Positions 18,475-25,609 of a stretch of 64,000 nucleotides of DNA are shown in pieces. Under the pieces are notes generated by a model. It saw nothing but the letters and a program-made list of their open reading frames with translations. It was not told the origin of the DNA and searched no databases. Origin of the DNA: Opitutales bacterium (GTDB lineage Bacteria; Verrucomicrobiota; Verrucomicrobiia; Opitutales; JAFGAQ01); contig JAPXRV010000001.1 in the NCBI GenBank assembly GCA_033813415.1, forward strand, positions 40,524 through 104,523, given 5' to 3'. Positions within the stretch are counted from its first letter, which is position 1, and every line of letters begins with the position of its first letter. The position numbers were made by a program, and so were the translations under genes.

Positions 18475-20397
18475 CTACTCGCTCCCCGGCAGGTATCCCT
18501 GATTGAGTTGATTGCGAATACGATTGAGCTGGTTCTTGCCTTTCTCGATTTGAATCCGGGTGCTTTCCTTCTGTCCGAGCAGCGCCAGTTTGTCGAACTC
18601 AAGCTGATCAATGAGTTTTTCGGTTTCTCCGCTGTTTGTTTGGGAGAATCCAACCTCCGCAGCTTCCTGAACTGTGATCGAGTGGGATCCCTGGTTTAGG
18701 ATGAAGCCACCGGCTATGCAGAACACCGACAAGGCCAGATAGGTGAAAGAAATTTGCTCAGAGGACAAAATGCTAACGTATAGGAAAACCACACCCATGG
18801 TTTGAATCAGCAGTGAAGTGAAAACTCCTCCCGATCGTGACTGACGACTACGGGTGACAGTATGCTGATGCGCGTGGCGCGAGGGCGGACCCTTGATCGT
18901 CTTTTTCAGCGAATTGAGCTCCTTGTCGATCTTGTCCACCGACACCCCGAGACTGGCCGACTTTTCTTCCATCTCCTTGAGACTTTTCTCTGCAACTTGC
19001 TGTTGGATCCTCAGATCCGCCTGCTTTTCCGCCCAGGCTGAAGCAATTTTGGCACGGATCCTCGAGCGATCTTCCAAAGAGAGCAGCGCATTGTAGGCAT
19101 TGATGGAGGCTCGCGCATTGCTTGCCAGCCGCCATGTTTCACCTGTGTGCCGGAAATAGACTGGCTTGTTCTCCAGGAAAGCCAGCATCGCATCAGCGGT
19201 GTTGGCGAAGACACGTCTCAATAATTCCGGAGTGAAATGGCTGAATTCTGCGAGCAGAGAAAGATAAGCCCGATGATCCTTCTCCGGAATGGTATGGCAA
19301 ATCATCGTGTACTGCTTGAGCTTGACCATGCATTCTTCAAACAGTTTCGGCTGTTCCTGTTCCACTACAAGGCTGATCGCGAGGCGCGTTTCCCGGTCAA
19401 GTGAGTAACCATTGGGATGCTTGCCGAACAGTTTGGGATAACGACTCCGAACCCAATTCATGCATTCCTGACTTTCCCCGGGGCTGCACATCATAGCGAT
19501 GGTTTCATCGTTGCATACCTTCAGCAACGCCGCCCACTTCATCCAGCGTTTTTCAACCTCGTTGAACTGGGAGAGAATGCGATGCCCCCGATCGATCAAC
19601 TCCTGCGTGTTTCCAGACTGGCTTTTCCTGGTTTGGATCAAAGTGTGCAAAAGAGAAGGGTATCCCCGTGTTTCCTGGAAATACTGATGGGCTACGTTGG
19701 GATCAAAGTCGTAAGCCTCAAGCAGTCTAAGCGTCTCTTCAGCATTCAAAGGCTCCAGCCTTATCTGCACCGCCGAATTCACCAGAGACTCCCAGTTATT
19801 GAAGGTTCCAGGGATTTCGATCAGGTTGCTTTCCGACGAAATCAGTAATGAAATAACCTGCGTGGGCAGAATCGATTCAGATATCCGGTTCAGAAAGTGA
19901 GTAAAACTGCTTTTAATCGACGAGGGAATTTCCGGGTAATCGTCAACGATGAAGATGAGCCGGAGATCTTGGATCAAATTGATCCCGGACGCGAGGTTTT
20001 CAGGATTTTCAATCACTGAAAGCAGGGTATCTGCCCAATGCCGTTCCACACTTACCGTTTCACCGCGATCCGCATTCAGCGCCCGTTCTGGTGCATTGAG
20101 TGCCATGATCATGGGCTCCATGTCTCCCATGTTCGTCCGGCCCGATCCGATCAAATCACGGAAAAACGCAAAACCACTGTCATGCGATGTCGCTCCCCCG
20201 ATGTGGAAGGAAACAACCGGAAGCCCCTCCTCTTGAAGGTAGCCGGAAAACTGATTCAGAAACGCGCTTTTCCCAATCCCTTCGGGACCCCATACCAAGG
20301 CAAACTGAAAATGGGCACGCGTGGAGGAACGATGCAGAAGATGCTTCTCCACCATCTGAAGTTCATTTTCGCGTCCAATGAAATACTGGGATGCCAT
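18475..20397 (-). CDS. AAA_16/STAND-like P-loop NTPase with C-terminal coiled-coil, TM hairpin and second coiled-coil
   Basis: FIGRENEL lead-in, Walker A VWGPEGIGKS, Walker B LIFIVDDY, and RLEPLNAEETLRLLE. Two hydrophobic helices are present (VFTSLLIQTMGVVFLYVSIL and ISFTYLALSVFCIAGGFIL), flanked by heptad-like K/E/Q-rich segments. Confidence 0.6.
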   Translation of the reverse strand: MASQYFIGRENELQMVEKHLLHRSSTRAHFQFALVWGPEGIGKSAFLNQFSGYLQEEGLPVVSFHIGGATSHDSGFAFFRDLIGSGRTNMGDMEPMIMALNAPERALNADRGETVSVERHWADTLLSVIENPENLASGINLIQDLRLIFIVDDYPEIPSSIKSSFTHFLNRISESILPTQVISLLISSESNLIEIPGTFNNWESLVNSAVQIRLEPLNAEETLRLLEAYDFDPNVAHQYFQETRGYPSLLHTLIQTRKSQSGNTQELIDRGHRILSQFNEVEKRWMKWAALLKVCNDETIAMMCSPGESQECMNWVRSRYPKLFGKHPNGYSLDRETRLAISLVVEQEQPKLFEECMVKLKQYTMICHTIPEKDHRAYLSLLAEFSHFTPELLRRVFANTADAMLAFLENKPVYFRHTGETWRLASNARASINAYNALLSLEDRSRIRAKIASAWAEKQADLRIQQQVAEKSLKEMEEKSASLGVSVDKIDKELNSLKKTIKGPPSRHAHQHTVTRSRQSRSGGVFTSLLIQTMGVVFLYVSILSSEQISFTYLALSVFCIAGGFILNQGSHSITVQEAAEVGFSQTNSGETEKLIDQLEFDKLALLGQKESTRIQIEKGKNQLNRIRNQLNQGYLPGSE

Positions 20398-20619
20398 GCA
20401 ACATCGATTATCGGACTTCTGTTTCGAATCTTAACTCGTCTTTGACGATTGATCCCTCAAAATAACTGTCAGATCCATTCTCACCGAGGGATAATGAGTG
20501 GGGATAGGAACTCGGGAGCTTGCGGGTTAACGATTCGTATGACACCTTGAGCATCCATACCGCAGGACGGTTTGTGCGGCAGCGTCTCATCCATTTAACA
20601 ACAAGAACCCTCATCAACT

Positions 20620-21471
20620 ATGAATCCATCCGAAAACAGTTTGTGGAAAACAATCAAGGAATACCGTGATATCCGATTCGAGTCCCTCGGAAACGAAGGC
20701 ATTGTCAAGATAACGATCAACCGGCCCTCTAAACGGAATGCTTTTCGTCCTGAGACCGTCCATGAGATGATGGACGCGTTTTCGATTGCAAGGGATGATG
20801 GCAGGGTAGGGGCCATTCTACTCACGGGAGCAGGGCCTCATACTGACGGAAAGTATGCGTTTTGTTCGGGAGGGGATCAAAGCATCCGTGGACATGCCGG
20901 CTATGTTGATGCCGACGGAACCCCGCGCCTCAATGTTCTGGATCTTCAGAAGATGATTCGCTCCATACCCAAAGTCGTCATTGCTCTCGTTGCAGGTTAT
21001 GCGATCGGAGGCGGTCACGTGTTGCATGTGGTGTGTGATCTTTCCATTGCGGCCGACAATGCCATATTCGGACAAACCGGGCCAAGGGTAGGGAGTTTCG
21101 ACGGCGGATTCGGCTCAAGTTTCCTCGCACGTTGTGTCGGGCAGAAAAAGGCGAGGGAAATCTGGTACTTGTGTAGGCAATACTCTGCACAAGAGGCGCT
21201 TGATATGGGTTTGGTCAATACGGTGGTTCCGGTAGGCAAACTGGAGTCGGAAGGCATCCAATGGGCACGGGAAGTCATGGAAAAAAGTCCGTTGGCAATC
21301 CGTTGCCTGAAGTCTGCTTTCAATGCCGAGTTGGACGGACAGGCAGGGATCCAGGAACTGGCTGGAAATGCTACCTTGCTATACTATCTGAGTGACGAAG
21401 GATCCGAAGGGAAAAAAGCTTATCTGGAAAAGCGTCGGCCAAATTTCATCAAATTCCCATGGCTTCCGTAA
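20620..21471 (+). CDS. menB: 1,4-dihydroxy-2-naphthoyl-CoA synthase
   Basis: [41 protein letters not shown] and [38 protein letters not shown] are typical of the crotonase-fold MenB. Confidence 0.95.
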   Translation: MNPSENSLWKTIKEYRDIRFESLGNEGIVKITINRPSKRNAFRPETVHEMMDAFSIARDDGRVGAILLTGAGPHTDGKYAFCSGGDQSIRGHAGYVDADGTPRLNVLDLQKMIRSIPKVVIALVAGYAIGGGHVLHVVCDLSIAADNAIFGQTGPRVGSFDGGFGSSFLARCVGQKKAREIWYLCRQYSAQEALDMGLVNTVVPVGKLESEGIQWAREVMEKSPLAIRCLKSAFNAELDGQAGIQELAGNATLLYYLSDEGSEGKKAYLEKRRPNFIKFPWLP

Positions 21472-21529
21472 TCATTCATCAAATATAAGTCGCATTTTAC
21501 ATCAGTTTGCATCAATATATACCATTATT

Positions 21530-21742
21530 ATGAGGATAACAGTGGATATTGAAGAATCGACGCTCAGGGAATTGCTGGAGTTGACCGGAAATCGCAAGAT
21601 GAGTCCGGCTGTGTCGGATGCGGTGGAAGGCTATGTCAAACGCCTGAAAGCGAGCCAATTTGGAAAGAGGATTCTGTCGGGGACCTACGATTCTGACCAA
21701 GCCATGCATGGATCTGCGGTGGGAGATTTTAATGCCGACTGA
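21530..21742 (+). CDS. VapB-family (DUF2191-type) type II antitoxin
   Basis: MRITVDIEESTLRELLELTGNRKMSPAVSDAVEGYVKRL matches the MRTTIDIDDxLLxEAxxLTG pattern. It is 70 aa, and its stop lies 3 nt before the next ATG. Confidence 0.7.
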   Translation: MRITVDIEESTLRELLELTGNRKMSPAVSDAVEGYVKRLKASQFGKRILSGTYDSDQAMHGSAVGDFNAD

Positions 21743-21745
21743 AAG

Positions 21746-22207
21746 ATGACAATGCAAGGACTCGTCAATAGTGAATCCAATCCGGATGCCAGGGATTGCC
21801 GTGATAAGGTTCTGTTGGACCTTAGCGTATGGAGATCGGCACTTGGATTGCCCGATGGCCCTCCGGTTCAACAGGTGACCCGATTGGTGCTCGGAAACCT
21901 GCTCGACGACTACAGGGTGATGGTAAACGACTGGGTCTACTTTTCACTGTTGCGAGAAGCTCCAGAGAAATGGAAGGCGGAATGGATGGTCTATCTGGAT
22001 GCGATTCCGCGGCTACCGCTCAAAAAGACCACTTTGGACATAGCACTCCAGTTGACCTGGGAACTCAGGAAAAACGGCTTCTCGCTGAACCCCCAATCCG
22101 CAATCAACGCTGCCCAGTCGCTACAGTATCAGATCCCGCTCTATACGCTGGATCCGCTTCATGAGGTGCTCGGAAGATACCGGAAAGTCAGAATCTTCAA
22201 GCCATGA
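21746..22207 (+). CDS. PIN-domain-like (VapC-like) protein, partly degenerate
   Basis: VLLDLSVW (first acidic site), SLLREA (Glu) and YTLDPLH (last Asp) are present. The third acidic site appears to be replaced (SAINAAQS where DxxIAAxA is expected). The position and size fit a toxin partner. Confidence 0.45.
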   Translation: MTMQGLVNSESNPDARDCRDKVLLDLSVWRSALGLPDGPPVQQVTRLVLGNLLDDYRVMVNDWVYFSLLREAPEKWKAEWMVYLDAIPRLPLKKTTLDIALQLTWELRKNGFSLNPQSAINAAQSLQYQIPLYTLDPLHEVLGRYRKVRIFKP

Positions 22208-22212
22208 AAATT

Positions 22213-22719
22213 CTACCGGAGAACGGACAGCAGTTTTTCGGTGCTTTGCCGGATATTGTCCTTCCATCTCAACCCGATGATGGGCTGGCCGGTTTCGGCA
22301 TCGTTGAATGGAAGCAATTCATCGTCGTCCACTAAAAACCTGTAATCGACGGTGAGTTCTTCTCCGGCCTTTATGTCCCTTGCGGCAAAAACGAAGCCCA
22401 GGTGCCACAGCCCATTGGGAGAAAAACTGTGATTGATGTTGCATTCGTCGGGCCAATCCGCGCTGACGGTGTAGAAGCGTTCGAACCACCTCACGGAGGA
22501 AGTGTCTTCGATGCTTCCAGGCTCAAAAGCCAGTTTTTCCTGGAGCGAATAGACGCGATCAATGCGATCCGGTGAAACGATCACAGCGCCCTGACAGACG
22601 TCAACTGTGAGAAAAATACCACGACCGGCACCCGGAATACGGGATCCATCGACACGATACGGAATCGTAAACATACGTTTGATTTGGGATTGGTGAGAAA
22701 CAAAAGAATACTGTGACAT
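22213..22719 (-). CDS. SET-domain protein (putative lysine methyltransferase)
   Basis: GAGRGIFLTVDVCQGAVIV, NHSFSPN and GEELTVDYRF are the three hallmark SET motifs. The start is ambiguous (ATG at 22719; the ORF maximum is 22764). Confidence 0.75.
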   Translation of the reverse strand: MSQYSFVSHQSQIKRMFTIPYRVDGSRIPGAGRGIFLTVDVCQGAVIVSPDRIDRVYSLQEKLAFEPGSIEDTSSVRWFERFYTVSADWPDECNINHSFSPNGLWHLGFVFAARDIKAGEELTVDYRFLVDDDELLPFNDAETGQPIIGLRWKDNIRQSTEKLLSVLR

Positions 22720-23001
22720 TACCGTGGATGCCGGTTCAAATGAAAAGTGTTTTCCCGGGAGCAAAAGAATGAAAGCAATCTGCGCACAATAAATATTATG
22801 TCTAATTCCGGTTTGTCGGGATTCCCTCTGGTTCCATCCTTGGCAATTTTGTAACGCCCAACAATACCTGCGCCAGTTGGTTGCAATCGTCGGGAATCCT
22901 CTATCGTTAGATTGTAATATTCAGCGGTTCACTATCCATGTGGGATTTGGAATCCGTTGGATTCAACCAGCTATCCAAGATCCACCAACAATCCGTATCT
23001 C

Positions 23002-23490
23002 ATGAAGTCCAAACTTTCCCTTTCGCTGTTCACCTTAGCATGGATGATATCCGTTATGGCGTTATCCACTACCCACCTTCATGCTGAGGAATCGGGTCCG
23101 GTTGCTGCATGGGGCACTGTCTTTTCTGTAGCGCTCAAGCAATCGGAGGAATCCGGAAAGCCTGTGTTGGCGAATTTCACGGGCTCGGATTGGTGCGTAT
23201 GGTGTGTTAGGCTCAAGAAGGATCTGTTCGACACTCCGGAGTTTGTGACGTTTGCGGACCAGGCGTTGGTGCTGCTTGAGGTGGATTTCCCTTCCCGGAA
23301 GCCGATTGATCCGGATCTTGCCGCCGCCAACCGTGAACTTGCCGAAAAATTCGGAGTGGAAGGCTTTCCCACCCTTCTGATACTGGATGGAAAAGGCAAT
23401 GAACTGGGTAGGCATGTCGGATATTTCAAAGGAGGCGTGGAAGCGTTCAGCTCCTACATCCGCTCGCTCACCGATAAGTCAAAGCCCTGA
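23002..23490 (+). CDS. secreted thioredoxin-fold protein (CxxC)
   Basis: Signal peptide MKSKLSLSLFTLAWMISVMAL, active site FTGSDWCVWCVRL, and GVEGFPTLLILD. Confidence 0.8.
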   Translation: MKSKLSLSLFTLAWMISVMALSTTHLHAEESGPVAAWGTVFSVALKQSEESGKPVLANFTGSDWCVWCVRLKKDLFDTPEFVTFADQALVLLEVDFPSRKPIDPDLAAANRELAEKFGVEGFPTLLILDGKGNELGRHVGYFKGGVEAFSSYIRSLTDKSKP

Positions 23491-23491
23491 C

Positions 23492-25432
23492 TTATTCGTC
23501 TGCTGATTCTGCATCTTCGAGATCGGACTGGGATTGCTCCCAGTCCTTCATGGCGCTTTCGATTTGATATTTTACTCTCTCGTAGGCTTCCATGTCCGTC
23601 TTCAGGTCGGGTCTTCCCGAAAAGAATTCCGGATTCTTCATTTTTTCCTCCCAATCCAAAAGCGTCTTCTCCAGGGCCATAACGCGGCTTTCCGCAGAGC
23701 TGACGGCCTTTTTGAGAGGCCCGAGCCTTTGGAGCTTTTCGGCTTTCGCCCTTCTCACATCTTTGGCAGACGATCCGCCTGTGGTGTTCTTGCGGCTGTT
23801 GTTTGATTTGCTATCCAAGGCCTGATCTTCTTCAATTTTTGCCAGATAGGCCGATACATTACACCAGAACATCCGGTGGGCCATGGGGCTGATCTCCAGG
23901 GTTTGGGTGACGAGAGGATCGAGGAAGTCCCGGTCGTGGGAAATGATCATGAGCGCACCAGAGTATTCCTTCAAAGCATCCTGTAGGATCTTTTTTGTAG
24001 CAATGTCGAGGTGGTTTGTGGGTTCGTCCAGAACCATCAGGTTGCATGGTTTCAGAAGCATTCGGGCGAGGGCCAAACGGTTCTTCTCCCCACCACTTAG
24101 CACCGCGACTTTTTTGAATGCGGCATCTCCCGAAAACAGAAATGAACCGAGAACGTCCCGTGTGCGTTGTTCGGGTGCACCCGAGATCAAGGCCGATTCA
24201 AGAACCGAATGATCCGGATTCAGTTGGTCTGTCTGGTGTTGGGCAAAGTAACCGATGATGGTTTTGGAACCAACATGGCGATGGCCACTTTGATACGGTT
24301 CCTCTCCGGCGATGATCCGCGCCAAAGTCGATTTTCCGGCTCCGTTGACTCCGACAACGGCAACCCGCTGCCCTTTTTCCAGTTTGAGGTCGAATCCACT
24401 GAAGAGGGTTAGACTGCCATACGATTTATGGATCTGATCCAGTTGGATCAGCAACTGGTGGGAAGGCGGGGTTTCTGCAAATCGAAATCGAAGGGACGCT
24501 TCATCCTGTTCGATCTCGATGCGCTCAACTTTCTCGAGTTGTTTGATCCGGCTTTGAACCTGACTTGCTTTGGTTGCCTTTGCCCTGAAGCGGTCAATGA
24601 AATCCTGAGTCTTTTCGATCTGCCGATCCTGATTGGCCTTCAACGCAATCAGTTGCGCCTTTCTAAACGCACTCTCCCTTTCATAGTACGTGAAGTTGCC
24701 CGCGTAGACATCCAAATGCCCTCTGCTGAGAGCAAATGTTTTTTTGGTCAGCGAATCCAGGAAGGCACGGTCGTGTGAGATGATGACCAGTCCGCCTTGA
24801 TATGACGAAAGAAAAGCCTCGAGCCAACGCTGGGATGGCAAGTCGAGGTGATTGGTGGGCTCGTCGAGAAGAAGGTAGTCAGGATGCTTGAGAAGTAGCT
24901 TGGCAAGGGCGATTCGCATTTGCCAGCCACCGGAGAATTCCTTTGTGGAGCGTTCGAAGTCTTTAATCTGAAAACCCAGTCCCATAAGGACTTTCTCAGT
25001 TCTCATTCTGAGCTTGTGAGCTTCTCTCAACTGGAGCTCACCCTCAATGCGGTGAATCATTTCCCAGTCCTCGAGGTCGTTCTCATCAACCGCCTCGCCC
25101 TCGATCCGCCCCGCAACCCGCTCATAGGCGGCGTCCAGCGTATGCTGAAGGGATAAGATGCTGTCTTCGGCTTTCTCCACCTCTTCGATAAGAGGAAGCC
25201 CATCCCCTTCAATCCCATCCTGAGGCAAATACCCAATCGACATCCCCTTCCCCACTGCAATTTGGCCGTCATCCAGCTCGACCTTACCTAAGATTGCTTT
25301 CAGAAAGGTCGTTTTTCCGGTTCCGTTACGGCCGGCAAGCGCGATGCGATCGCGCACGGATATGTTGCCGGATATGCCGTCAAACACGATCTGGGGACCA
25401 TAACGTAAACTCAGGTTTCGAAATTCAATCAC
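23492..25432 (-). CDS. ABC-F family ATPase (two ABC domains, no TM domain)
   Basis: Two Walker A motifs (GRNGTGKTT and GVNGAGKST), two signature motifs (FSGGWQMR and LSGGEKNR), an inter-domain linker and a C-terminal coiled-coil. Start taken at GTG 25432 (VIEFRNLSLRYG); the ORF maximum is 25555. Confidence 0.9.
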   Translation of the reverse strand: MIEFRNLSLRYGPQIVFDGISGNISVRDRIALAGRNGTGKTTFLKAILGKVELDDGQIAVGKGMSIGYLPQDGIEGDGLPLIEEVEKAEDSILSLQHTLDAAYERVAGRIEGEAVDENDLEDWEMIHRIEGELQLREAHKLRMRTEKVLMGLGFQIKDFERSTKEFSGGWQMRIALAKLLLKHPDYLLLDEPTNHLDLPSQRWLEAFLSSYQGGLVIISHDRAFLDSLTKKTFALSRGHLDVYAGNFTYYERESAFRKAQLIALKANQDRQIEKTQDFIDRFRAKATKASQVQSRIKQLEKVERIEIEQDEASLRFRFAETPPSHQLLIQLDQIHKSYGSLTLFSGFDLKLEKGQRVAVVGVNGAGKSTLARIIAGEEPYQSGHRHVGSKTIIGYFAQHQTDQLNPDHSVLESALISGAPEQRTRDVLGSFLFSGDAAFKKVAVLSGGEKNRLALARMLLKPCNLMVLDEPTNHLDIATKKILQDALKEYSGALMIISHDRDFLDPLVTQTLEISPMAHRMFWCNVSAYLAKIEEDQALDSKSNNSRKNTTGGSSAKDVRRAKAEKLQRLGPLKKAVSSAESRVMALEKTLLDWEEKMKNPEFFSGRPDLKTDMEAYERVKYQIESAMKDWEQSQSDLEDAESADE

Positions 25433-25609
25433 ATAACCAAGGGATAAACCGAAGCGTGCAGGCGCCAAGGAAAATATGATCCGGAACCACAGATAGGATC
25501 TGATTTCCGAATGATTCGAAAACCCTTTGGCCATAGGAAGCAGAAAAGCCTTCACCCGAAGATGAAGGCCTTGTTTGTGCGAAAAACTATGGCTTGCCTG
25601 TTTACCGGA

